Source: Candidatus Obscuribacterales bacterium
GTDB taxonomy: Bacteria; Cyanobacteriota; Vampirovibrionia; Obscuribacterales; Obscuribacteraceae
Direction: 5' to 3'
Assembly (NCBI GenBank): GCA_965228855.1
Contig: CBDDIJ010000005.1
Location: 1,024,001-1,088,000, forward strand
DNA: 64,000 nucleotides
Positions 10,396 through 19,219 of this stretch are shown in pieces. The notes below the pieces were generated by a model. It searched no databases, had not been told where the DNA came from, and worked only from the letters and a program-made list of their open reading frames with translations. Within the stretch, counting starts at the first letter, position 1. Every line of letters begins with the position of its first letter. The position numbers and the translations under genes were made by a program.

Positions 10396-11808
10396 GTGAA
10401 GTACTACGAGAATATTCTTGAAACGATTGGCTCGACACCGCTGATTAAAATCAACAAAATAGCTAGCGGTGTGAAACCTTTGATCCTTGCAAAGATGGAG
10501 CCGTTCAATCCAGGTGGATCGGTTAAGGACCGTCCAGCCAAACGCATGATCGAAGAGGCCGAGAAAGCAGGATTGCTGAAGCCAGGCGGCACGATCATCG
10601 AACCGACGTCGGGTAATACCGGCACAGGATTGGCACAATTAGCCGCAGTCCGCGGATATCGCTGTATTCTCGTCTGTCCGGACAAAGTTGCCAGCGAAAA
10701 GATTAATCTGCTGAAAGCCTATGGGGCGGAAGTAGTAATTGTTCCCACTTCGGTTTCGGCAAGCTCGCACGAGAGCTACTACTCGGTAGCCAATAAGCTG
10801 ACGATGGAAATTCCAGGCGCATTCCAGCCCAATCAGTTTGGAAACCCAAACAATCCCATGGCTCACACATTGAGCACCGGTCCCGAGATCTGGGAAGCAA
10901 CAGGCGGAAAAATCACCGCATTCGTAGCCGGCATCGGTACCGGTGGCACCATATCCGGTACCGCTCGTTACCTGAAAGAGATGAATCCGAAGATCAGAAT
11001 CATCGGAGCAGACCCGGAAGGTTCAATTTATTCCGGCGATATGCCTAAGAGTTATAAGGTCGAAGGAATCGGCGAAGACTTCATCCCAAGCAACGCAGAT
11101 CTTAAGATCGTAGACGAAGTAGTTCGCGTCTCCGACAAGGATTCGTTCACGATGGCGCGCAGAATGGCTCGTGAAGAGGGTCTTCTGGTCGGCGGTTCTT
11201 CTGGAACAGCCATGACGGCAGCACTGAAAGCGGCGGAAACGATGACATCCGACGATGTAATTGTCGTTCTCATACCGGATGGCGGCAGAGGTTACTTGAG
11301 CAAAATCTATTCAGATGAGTGGATGGGCAACAACGGTTTCCTCCCCTCGCCCGGGCACAGCTACTATGTAAACGACCTGATGATGCGCAAAGCGGATCGA
11401 GGCAAGTTCCCACCTTTGATTACTGTAAGACCGGAAGATTCGATCAAGCAAGCGATCGAACTCATGGAAGAACATCACATCGACCAGCTTCCCGTGTGTA
11501 CCCAAACTGGACAGAACGTCGGTCATATAAACGATGTGGTAGCCATGCAAGTAGTTTACGAACGCAAGGACCCTGAAAAAGTGCACGTCAGCGACGTCAT
11601 GGGCAAACCGTTCCCTCAACTCGATCTGCATCACGAGATCGACGAATTGTACAAAACCTTCAGACTCGGCAACGCCATGGTCGTCATAACGGACCATGAT
11701 AAAGCTTGCGGCGTCTTAACTCGCTTCGACATCATGTCGCACTTGCGGGAAACGATGAGCAACGATAAAGGTGCGCCTGAGACAAAATCAAAAGCAGGAG
11801 TTAAGTAA
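10396..11808 (+). CDS. cbs: Cystathionine beta-synthase with C-terminal CBS domains
   Basis: NPGGSVKDR PLP lysine, EPTSGNTG, GTGGT, Y-x-VEGIG, C-terminal CBS pair. GGAGG RBS before GTG at 10396. Confidence 0.88.
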   Translation: MKYYENILETIGSTPLIKINKIASGVKPLILAKMEPFNPGGSVKDRPAKRMIEEAEKAGLLKPGGTIIEPTSGNTGTGLAQLAAVRGYRCILVCPDKVASEKINLLKAYGAEVVIVPTSVSASSHESYYSVANKLTMEIPGAFQPNQFGNPNNPMAHTLSTGPEIWEATGGKITAFVAGIGTGGTISGTARYLKEMNPKIRIIGADPEGSIYSGDMPKSYKVEGIGEDFIPSNADLKIVDEVVRVSDKDSFTMARRMAREEGLLVGGSSGTAMTAALKAAETMTSDDVIVVLIPDGGRGYLSKIYSDEWMGNNGFLPSPGHSYYVNDLMMRKADRGKFPPLITVRPEDSIKQAIELMEEHHIDQLPVCTQTGQNVGHINDVVAMQVVYERKDPEKVHVSDVMGKPFPQLDLHHEIDELYKTFRLGNAMVVITDHDKACGVLTRFDIMSHLRETMSNDKGAPETKSKAGVK

Positions 11809-12972
11809 ATGAAATTTGCTACCAGAGCCATCCACGCTGGACAGGAGCCGGATCCGACAACCGGAGCGATTAACGTTCCAATCTACCAAACATCTACTTA
11901 CGTACAGCAAGAGATCGGCAAGCATAAGGGTTACGAATACGCCCGTACAGGCAACCCGACAAGAACAGCCCTGGAAGCCTGCCTGGCATCACTGGAAGGC
12001 GCGAAGCACGGGTTGTGTTTCGGTTCCGGATTGGGCGCATCGATGAACATCATGCACCTGCTCTCCGCTGGAGATCATGTGGTCGTCGGAGACGACGTCT
12101 ACGGCGGCACTTTCCGTCTTTTCGATAAAGTGCTTTCTCGCTTCGGAGTAACCTTCTCATGGGTAGATGCACGCGACGTCAAAAACATTGAAAAAGCAAT
12201 CAAGCCTGAAACCAAAATGATCTGGTTGGAAACGCCTACCAATCCGCTTCTTCAAATCATCGACATCAAAGCGATTACCGATTTGGCAAAGAGCAAGAAG
12301 ATCGCCACGGTCGTCGACAATACCTTCGCCAGCCCATATCTTCAGAACCCGCTTGCTCTGGGCGCCGACATCGTCGTCCACAGCGCGACCAAATATCTCG
12401 GCGGTCACAGTGATGTCGTAGGCGGTGCCATCCTGACCAGCGACGAAGAGATGTACGAGCGTCTCAAGTTCCACCAGAACGCGGTCGGTTCAGTACCTGG
12501 CCCTATGGATTGCTTCTTGATTCTTCGAGGAGTGAAAACGCTTGCAGTTCGCATGGAAGCGCACCAGAAGAATGCAATGGCGATCGCAAAATTTCTCGAG
12601 AACAAACCGCAAATAGAGCGCATCATTTATCCCGGCTTGGCGGCACATCCGCAGCACGATCTCGCGAAAAAGCAGATGAGCGGTTTTGGTGCGATGGTTT
12701 CCATCGTCGTAAAAGGCGGATTGGAAAACGCAAACAAATTCGCTTCGTCAACAAAACTCTTCGCCCTTGCCGAAAGTCTTGGCGGCGTTGAGTCCCTCAT
12801 TTGTCACCCGGTATCAATGACTCACGGCTCCATTCCCAAAGAAGTTCGTGAAGCTAGAGGAATCGTCGATGGCTTGGTTCGACTCTCGGTCGGTATCGAA
12901 GACACTGATGATTTGCTAGCAGACGTGGAACAAGCACTCGCAAAGGTTCCACAGCTGACCGAAGCGAAGTAG
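11809..12972 (+). CDS. Cystathionine gamma-lyase / gamma-synthase family PLP enzyme
   Basis: YARTGNPT, ETPTNP, VDNTF, HSATKYLGGHSD, AESLGGVES, RLSVGIE. Abuts cbs. Confidence 0.93.
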   Translation: MKFATRAIHAGQEPDPTTGAINVPIYQTSTYVQQEIGKHKGYEYARTGNPTRTALEACLASLEGAKHGLCFGSGLGASMNIMHLLSAGDHVVVGDDVYGGTFRLFDKVLSRFGVTFSWVDARDVKNIEKAIKPETKMIWLETPTNPLLQIIDIKAITDLAKSKKIATVVDNTFASPYLQNPLALGADIVVHSATKYLGGHSDVVGGAILTSDEEMYERLKFHQNAVGSVPGPMDCFLILRGVKTLAVRMEAHQKNAMAIAKFLENKPQIERIIYPGLAAHPQHDLAKKQMSGFGAMVSIVVKGGLENANKFASSTKLFALAESLGGVESLICHPVSMTHGSIPKEVREARGIVDGLVRLSVGIEDTDDLLADVEQALAKVPQLTEAK

Positions 12973-13075
12973 TTCCACCAGAGCGAGTTCGCCTCTCAAA
13001 AATCCGGAACGCAACGAGTAAGCCTGTTGCTGAAAAGTTTCAGCGAAGAAGTATCCATCTGACAAAGGTAGCTTC

Positions 13076-14524
13076 GTGATGAAACCGAACTTGTTTGTTT
13101 TATTGGTGGCTCTTCTCTGTTTTCAATCAGGGGCAGCTGCGAGCGAAACACGCAGTGCGTTCGATAAATATCTGATTCAAGCGGACCGCGATCGCAACAC
13201 TGAAGCGCTCGCCATGATCACTGCATTGTCGAAACGCGATCCGAACAACGAGATGTATCTATCCGAACGCGCTCGTATGCTGATGAATTTAGACCGCTAT
13301 GGGGAAAGCATCGAAGTCGCGACAAAAGCGTTGAAGTTATCGCCAACCAACGCGAGCACCCTGCGAACGCGTTCATACTGCTACCTGATTCAGCACAACT
13401 ACAAAGCCGGAATTGCGGATTTGCTTCTCGCCATCAAACACAGCCAGCCGGACTTCGTGGTTATGTGGCCGCACAACGATCACGACAATCTAGCAAGAGC
13501 ATATTCGCTAACCGGTCGCAACGATCTAGCCCAGAAGGAGCGCGAACTCGCAGCTCTCGACCAAATGACGGAACAAGCCGTTTCAGCCAGAGAACGCGCA
13601 AGTTTAGACAAGTCGATCAAGATCTGCGATCAAGTTCTTCAGAAAAATCCAAAGTCAGTAAATGCACTTGGATTCAAAGGACTCTGCCTGAATAATCTCT
13701 CGAAGTTCAACGAATCCATCGAATACTTGTCGCGCGCAATTGCGCTAAAACCCAAAAGCGTGGCGCTGCTATATCTGCGAGCTGATGCGTATAGAGAGTC
13801 GAAACAGTTTGAAAAAGCCATCCTGGATCTCAGCAAGATAATCGAGTTGAAACCGCAAGTCGTGATGTTTAAATTTGCGTCTCATACGGGAAGACTGCGC
13901 GACACCTTTAGCCATGAAGACATCGACACGATCACGATGCCGGACATCTACTATCTTCGCGGAGCTTGCTATGTCAGCCAGAAGAAGTACGACCTGGCAA
14001 TCAAAGATTTCAAACGGACATTGCAACTGGATCCAAAAGAGTTTAAAACAGCGGCGAGCATCGGCAACTGTTTTTTCAATTTGAAAAATTACAACGATGC
14101 CATTGCAATGTACACAAAAGCAGTATCGATAAATCCGCGTTATTGGCTAGGATACACGGCAAGAGCCAATGCCTATGAACAAGTTGGCAAATTGGAACAA
14201 GCCGCAACAGATTATTCGACAATTTTAAAAACACATCCCGGGGACATTGGTGCACGCTGTCTACGAGGAAACGTCTACCGAAAAGCAAAAGCATTCGACA
14301 AAGCGCTCGCGGATTTCTCGAAAGTTATCGAGTTAGCACCGAACGATGACGAGGGTTTTCGCAATAGAGCAGAAGCGTATGCCGAACTTGGGAAATTCGA
14401 ACTGGCACTTCGCGATTACGACAAGGCGCTCAGTCTGAGCTCTGAGGACAAAGAGCAAATAGCGAAGTTGCGCGCGGCCGTTTTGAAACGTATGGGACAA
14501 AAAGCCGCACCTGGTGCGCGTTGA
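13076..14524 (+). CDS. Secreted tetratricopeptide repeat protein
   Basis: Signal peptide plus multiple TPR units (YYLRGACY...AIKDFKRTLQLDP). Confidence 0.88.
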   Translation: MMKPNLFVLLVALLCFQSGAAASETRSAFDKYLIQADRDRNTEALAMITALSKRDPNNEMYLSERARMLMNLDRYGESIEVATKALKLSPTNASTLRTRSYCYLIQHNYKAGIADLLLAIKHSQPDFVVMWPHNDHDNLARAYSLTGRNDLAQKERELAALDQMTEQAVSARERASLDKSIKICDQVLQKNPKSVNALGFKGLCLNNLSKFNESIEYLSRAIALKPKSVALLYLRADAYRESKQFEKAILDLSKIIELKPQVVMFKFASHTGRLRDTFSHEDIDTITMPDIYYLRGACYVSQKKYDLAIKDFKRTLQLDPKEFKTAASIGNCFFNLKNYNDAIAMYTKAVSINPRYWLGYTARANAYEQVGKLEQAATDYSTILKTHPGDIGARCLRGNVYRKAKAFDKALADFSKVIELAPNDDEGFRNRAEAYAELGKFELALRDYDKALSLSSEDKEQIAKLRAAVLKRMGQKAAPGAR

Positions 14525-14581
14525 AAGGACAAAAATCGGGTAAAAAGATTTCACTTCCCGTCGCCCCTTTCAGGTGCAGTC

Positions 14582-15904
14582 ATGGTAACGGAATTAGAAA
14601 GAGTCCTTGCTCACAGCCGCGCGTTCGTTGACGACATGGTCAGTGAAGAGTTAAACGGCAAACCATTTTCAAAGGCGGCAGTGGAAGAATCAATCACCGC
14701 GTTCTACGCGATGCAGAAGCATGTTCGTCCGCAAATAATTTGGTTTCAAAATCCCTGGCAGTTGCACTACGGACCGGGCTTGTTTGAAGGTTACAAACGA
14801 AAGCAAATTCGGATTGACAGTTTTATAACCGAACTTACCAACACTACTCGCAGCCTGCTCGAAGAGCAGATGGGCAAACGCGAAACAGCTTACATTCTCG
14901 CATCTATTCAAGCGCTTATGCCGACGCGAAGTCTTTCGATGCTTTCACGTACCGTCGATCGGGAAATAGAACTTCTGAATCGACAACAAGATCATACACC
15001 GCTTGAGCTTTGCCACGGTCTGTTCAAAACCTGTAGCGATGCGAATCTGGCTCAGAATAGCAAGCTCAGATACATGCGCGAAGCAGAAAAACTAGATCGA
15101 AACATCGGTTGGTTTCAATTGCATCACGTAACGAATATCGAGAGCCCGTGGGAGCACCTAATCGTTGACTCGCAAAATCCGTTTGGAGTTCGCGGGCAAT
15201 CTCATTTTGAATGGGATTTCTGGGGCGAGCGACGAGCACCACAAGAGCCACCATTACATCTGCCCACACCAGGTGCAGAATGGAGTCACTTTCTGCGGAT
15301 GCGGACGGCAAGCATCTCTATCGCACAGCGTTTCATTGGATTAAAACTCATCGATGAGCTTGCAGAGGCAGCTTTCGTTTTGCAGACGCTGGGAGAGAAT
15401 GTTCATTCTATTGCATGTTTTCATGACGTATGTTTCGTTAGTGAGCCTCCGATTTCCATCAGCAGAGACGAAGATGGGCGATTTCATCGGCTGGGTGGTC
15501 CCGCGATAGATTACGCAGGTAATTTCCACATCTACTGCTGGCGCGACACACGTGTGACTGCCGATGCGCTCACCGGCGAAGTCACGGTCGATCGAATTCA
15601 GAAAGAAAATAACATTGAGGTCATGCGGATCTTACTGGAGCGATATGGCATCGAAGAGTTTCTTCGAGACAGTCAAGCGCAACACGTTCAAGAAGACGAA
15701 ACTGGAGCGCTATATAAACTCAGAGGAGGTCCCTGGGGTGATTCAATTGCTCTAGTGGGCGTCGTAAACTCAACTGCGGAACCAGATGGCACCTTCAAGC
15801 GCTACTTCCTCCGCGTCCCGCCCGATACCACAAGCGCCCGCGAGGGCGTCGCGTGGACCTTCCAATTAGCGACGGATGAATACTCTCCGCTCATCGAATC
15901 TTGA
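14582..15904 (+). CDS. DUF6745-like domain protein
   Basis: C-terminal RDEDGRFHRLGGPAIDY, NIEVMRILLERYG, VVNSTAEPDGTFKRYFLRVPP...AREGVAWTF. Confidence 0.75.
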   Translation: MVTELERVLAHSRAFVDDMVSEELNGKPFSKAAVEESITAFYAMQKHVRPQIIWFQNPWQLHYGPGLFEGYKRKQIRIDSFITELTNTTRSLLEEQMGKRETAYILASIQALMPTRSLSMLSRTVDREIELLNRQQDHTPLELCHGLFKTCSDANLAQNSKLRYMREAEKLDRNIGWFQLHHVTNIESPWEHLIVDSQNPFGVRGQSHFEWDFWGERRAPQEPPLHLPTPGAEWSHFLRMRTASISIAQRFIGLKLIDELAEAAFVLQTLGENVHSIACFHDVCFVSEPPISISRDEDGRFHRLGGPAIDYAGNFHIYCWRDTRVTADALTGEVTVDRIQKENNIEVMRILLERYGIEEFLRDSQAQHVQEDETGALYKLRGGPWGDSIALVGVVNSTAEPDGTFKRYFLRVPPDTTSAREGVAWTFQLATDEYSPLIES

Positions 15905-15905
15905 G

Positions 15906-16802
15906 TTATGAAGGTTGCAGTTTTTCAAATTCCCGTGGCGCAAGCTGTTGGCGCGCGAGTTCCAAAACGGAATGTGCGCGTTCCGAACAACCTGCTCGAC
16001 GTGCAGCATTTATGAATAAGCTAAACGATTCCGCGTCGCTCGCCACTGCGAAAACCTTTCGCACGAATTCATCAGCGACAAAGTCCCGATTTAGACCCAG
16101 ACTCGCTTCGAAAAGAAGTGCAGCATCACCCACAAGATCAGCACGACAATTATCCACATAAGACGAAAGCGCCTTATCCAGAGAGCCTGGAAATAAAACG
16201 CTGCTTTCAACTTCGACCCACATTCTCAGGAACTGAAGTCCCAACTTATCAAAGTAGGGTTCAATTCGCTGGTATTTCTTTTGACTTAGATATCTATCCA
16301 GGCTATGTCGCACAACAACTAGAGAATGGGATAACGTCATCTGACTGTCGCTATTCGCACTTCTCATCTTCTCGAGAAGAACCAAGTCCGGTTCTTCCTC
16401 TCCGAGAGCAAGGCTCAGGGCCAGCCACTCTTCTATTACCGCATGCGATTGAAAACCGCCGACAATTTTTTCCGCAAGTTCATCACGAAGGTTGTTTAAT
16501 GACTCCCTTGCAGCCGGATAACGTTCTAGCAGAACCGTCAAGCACGACTCCAAAGCCAGATCTTGCATGTTACCAACGGAACCTGTTAGAGATGAGAGGT
16601 AGAGTTCAAGTGCCCTCTCGTACTCTCCTGCCTCGACAAACTGGCGGGCTTTGAAGAGCTTCTCCAATTTAGCTGAAATTTTTTGCAGCCCTGTCGTCGT
16701 TCTCTCGCGCGGCACCATATCATCCTCAACGTATAACTGTCTCAACATATATCGACTATCATTGCACCTAGTCGTGTACTTATTGTGAGCCGACCGCCCC
16801 AA
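15906..16802 (-). CDS. Hypothetical helical (TPR-like) protein; true start probably downstream of 16802
   Basis: 298-aa ORF with helical-repeat composition, convergent on the DUF6745-like gene. Confidence 0.6.
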   Translation of the reverse strand: MGRSAHNKYTTRCNDSRYMLRQLYVEDDMVPRERTTTGLQKISAKLEKLFKARQFVEAGEYERALELYLSSLTGSVGNMQDLALESCLTVLLERYPAARESLNNLRDELAEKIVGGFQSHAVIEEWLALSLALGEEEPDLVLLEKMRSANSDSQMTLSHSLVVVRHSLDRYLSQKKYQRIEPYFDKLGLQFLRMWVEVESSVLFPGSLDKALSSYVDNCRADLVGDAALLFEASLGLNRDFVADEFVRKVFAVASDAESFSLFINAARRAGCSERAHSVLELARQQLAPREFEKLQPS

Positions 16803-16876
16803 GCGTTAATGACTGTCAGCGACACAAGCAGCTTCGTCACAAGTCGATCGCGAGAAAATAAGGATTCGATCAGCAT

Positions 16877-16897
16877 CGGTTAACAACACCTTAACCG
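16877..16897. promoter_or_regulatory. Perfect 7-7-7 inverted repeat, operator-like
   Basis: CGGTTAA-caacacc-TTAACCG in the divergent intergenic region upstream of the small ORF and MNIO locus. Confidence 0.4.
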
Positions 16898-16918
16898 TGC
16901 AAATGATAATTTAGTGGC

Positions 16919-17032
16919 ATGAAAAATCAAGAATACGAGTTGAAGAGAAACCGACCAAGGCAAACGAGAAGCCTTCCAGAAAGCCAATCGAGTTTATACC
17001 AGAACGTCCAGCCCGAACAATTTAGTCCGTAA
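16919..17032 (+). CDS. Putative 37-aa small ORF (leader or standalone peptide)
   Basis: ATG..TAA: MKNQEYELKRNRPRQTRSLPESQSSLYQNVQPEQFSP, immediately followed by a terminator. Weak RBS. Confidence 0.3.
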   Translation: MKNQEYELKRNRPRQTRSLPESQSSLYQNVQPEQFSP

Positions 17033-17036
17033 TTCC

Positions 17037-17060
17037 AACCGCCGTTCGAGGCGGTTTTTT
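17037..17060 (+). terminator. Intrinsic terminator upstream of the TIGR04222 gene
   Basis: AACCGCC-gttcga-GGCGGTT followed by a T tract. Confidence 0.7.
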
Positions 17061-17144
17061 GTTTCCAGAATAGCCCGTTATCAAAGGGCAAAAAGTAATA
17101 CAGATTTCCAAGCCGCACCGCATCTGGTGTCGCAGGAGGTACAC

Positions 17145-18026
17145 ATGTTCTTTTTTGAAATTTCAGGTCCAGAGTTCCTGTTATGGTACGTGGTCTTTAT
17201 GGCGGTCTCTCTGATTGCCGCGCATGTAGCGAGAGCCAGCATCCTGCACGTTTCCACAAAAGATGTACCTGACGGTGAGATAGATGAATACGATATTGCT
17301 TACTTGAATGGCGGCGCGGAGCAGGTGTTCTTCAGCGCTATCGCAACTCTCGTTGAATGTGGCACAGTGGAACTCGATAATAAAGAACGAAAGCTGACAA
17401 TAAAAGACAACCAAATGAAAAAACAGCTTCACGTTGTAGAACAGAATTTAGTCAATACAATTCACTGGGGTCAAGCAGCGACTGTAGACAAACTATTTGA
17501 TCGGTTTAAACCCGCCACGGAAAAACTGAAAAGTCGATTGCAATCTATGGACCTGGTTGCAGGCGGAGATCGAGAAGTATTTGTAACCGCAATTCCGATG
17601 ATGATTCTAATGGCTCTGCCAATCGGACTCGGAATTCCCAGGTTGCTTAACGGGCTCTATCACAACCGCCCAGTATCATTTTTGCTTATCCTTCTTCTTG
17701 TTTCCTTCGTGATGATCCTGATGAGCGTGCTCAACAAAAATAAGAGAACCACTCTCGGTGACGAGGCTCTGCGAATACTTCAAAAGGATCACGCATCTCT
17801 GAGAGCAAACTTCAGCACCTGCAGACACACGCTTAAACCGCAAGATATTACCCTGGCGTACGCTCTGTTCGGCGGGGTTCTGGGCGGCGCCTTAATCAGC
17901 ACGCTGGACCCGTTTAACGCCGCAAAAGCTGCGATGCACCCGCCTGTATCCGGTGGCGGCGGAGGATGCGGAAGCAGTTGCGGCGGGGGATGTGGTGGCG
18001 GATGCGGTGGCGGTTGCGGAGGCTAA
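17145..18026 (+). CDS. TIGR04222-domain membrane protein with C-terminal Gly/Cys tail
   Basis: GPEFLLWY, YDIAYLNGG, GIPRLLNGLYHNRPVSFL, RTTLG motifs; ends GGGGGCGSSCGGGCGGGCGGGCGG. AGGAGG RBS. Confidence 0.88.
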   Translation: MFFFEISGPEFLLWYVVFMAVSLIAAHVARASILHVSTKDVPDGEIDEYDIAYLNGGAEQVFFSAIATLVECGTVELDNKERKLTIKDNQMKKQLHVVEQNLVNTIHWGQAATVDKLFDRFKPATEKLKSRLQSMDLVAGGDREVFVTAIPMMILMALPIGLGIPRLLNGLYHNRPVSFLLILLLVSFVMILMSVLNKNKRTTLGDEALRILQKDHASLRANFSTCRHTLKPQDITLAYALFGGVLGGALISTLDPFNAAKAAMHPPVSGGGGGCGSSCGGGCGGGCGGGCGG

Positions 18027-18087
18027 AGGAACGAAGATATCGTTTACAACCACAGTATTAATCAGTTGAGATTCTAGAGTAAGGCAC

Positions 18088-18984
18088 ATGAACAACAGAC
18101 ATACAAAACTGGGAATAGGCTGGAGACCAGAAATAGCGGTAGCAATCGAGCGCCGCAAAGACCTCGATTTCGTTGAAGTACTCTTCGAGAATTTGGTTGG
18201 AAGAGAAATTCCACAAGCTTTGCTAAACCTTCGAGAACGCGGCATTACGATAATTCCCCACGCGGTGTCTCTGTCATTGGGTGGCGCCGAAAGACCGAAC
18301 GCCATAAAACTGAAACAGTTCAATAGAATGGCAAAAGCGGTTGATGCCCCCTTCGTGAGCGAACACATAGCATTTGTTCGCGCTGGAGGCAAGGAGTCTG
18401 GACATCTCCTGCCCGTGCCGAGAACAAAAGGCGCGCTCAAAGTTCTCGTTGAAAACATAAGCATCGCGAAGGAGCACCTGACGGTTCCACTCGTTCTCGA
18501 AAACATAGCGATGCTCTTCAACTGGAACAATTCCGAGATGGACGAAGCGGAGTTCATCACAGAGGTTCTAGAGCAAAGCGGTTGTCTGATGCTTCTTGAC
18601 GTAGCGAACCTTTATGCTAACTCTCTTAATCACAAGTTCAACGCAGTGGAGTTTCTGAAGAAACTTCCGCTGGACAAGGTCGCATATGTTCATACAGCCG
18701 GCGGCGTACTAACTAAGGGCATCTATCACGACACACATGCGCACCCGGTTGTTGATGACGTCCACTCGTTACTCGCAGAGCTGATGAAACTGAATGCGCC
18801 ACCACGAGTGATGCTCGAACGCGACGATAACTTTCCCGGCGAAGAGGCTCTTAATAACGAGCTTGATAGTATCGCAGCCATAATTCAGGGAGGCAATAAC
18901 CATGAGTACTTACAGACAAGAGTTGGAAGCGCAGCAGGAACAGCTTATAAACGCGCTCCTGAATTTAGCCGCGGCACCTTCTGA
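18088..18984 (+). CDS. DUF692 family multinuclear non-heme iron-dependent oxidative enzyme (MNIO)
   Basis: GIGWRPE, EVLFEN, HAVSLSLGG, SEHIAF, GHLLP, LENI, LLDVANLYAN, YVHTAGG, HDTHAH, MLERDD metal-ligand motifs. Confidence 0.93.
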   Translation: MNNRHTKLGIGWRPEIAVAIERRKDLDFVEVLFENLVGREIPQALLNLRERGITIIPHAVSLSLGGAERPNAIKLKQFNRMAKAVDAPFVSEHIAFVRAGGKESGHLLPVPRTKGALKVLVENISIAKEHLTVPLVLENIAMLFNWNNSEMDEAEFITEVLEQSGCLMLLDVANLYANSLNHKFNAVEFLKKLPLDKVAYVHTAGGVLTKGIYHDTHAHPVVDDVHSLLAELMKLNAPPRVMLERDDNFPGEEALNNELDSIAAIIQGGNNHEYLQTRVGSAAGTAYKRAPEFSRGTF

Positions 18985-19219
18985 GGTAGATGCAGAACAA
19001 GTTCTCTGTTGCGCTCTAACGTTAAGAAACAAGCGTGCGCGCGTACTGAATAAACTTTCAGGCAGCAATGATGACTGTTGCGGCTCCAGAAGTGAAGAGA
19101 TGGAAGCTTATTTTAAACGTTATCCGGGAGTTCATCCCGACGGAGGATATGCTGACCTGAGGCGCTACAAGCGTTTCCTCGCAATCCGTCGAATTAAAGC
19201 GCGATTCGGTTTATTCTAG
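18902..19219 (+). CDS. Small putative MNIO partner protein
   Basis: GGAGG RBS; LEAQQEQLINALL...LRNKR...YFKRYP...GGYAD resembles the C-terminal partner domain fused to some actinobacterial DUF692 proteins. Overlaps the MNIO gene by 83 nt. Confidence 0.65.
   Translation: MSTYRQELEAQQEQLINALLNLAAAPSEVDAEQVLCCALTLRNKRARVLNKLSGSNDDCCGSRSEEMEAYFKRYPGVHPDGGYADLRRYKRFLAIRRIKARFGLF

Noticed and set aside
14522..14584. The TGA stop of the TPR gene is in frame with the next gene, with 19 sense codons between them (possible readthrough)
   Set aside because: No redox motif or clear SECIS hairpin; the TPR protein ends naturally and the next gene has its own ATG with an AGGTG RBS.
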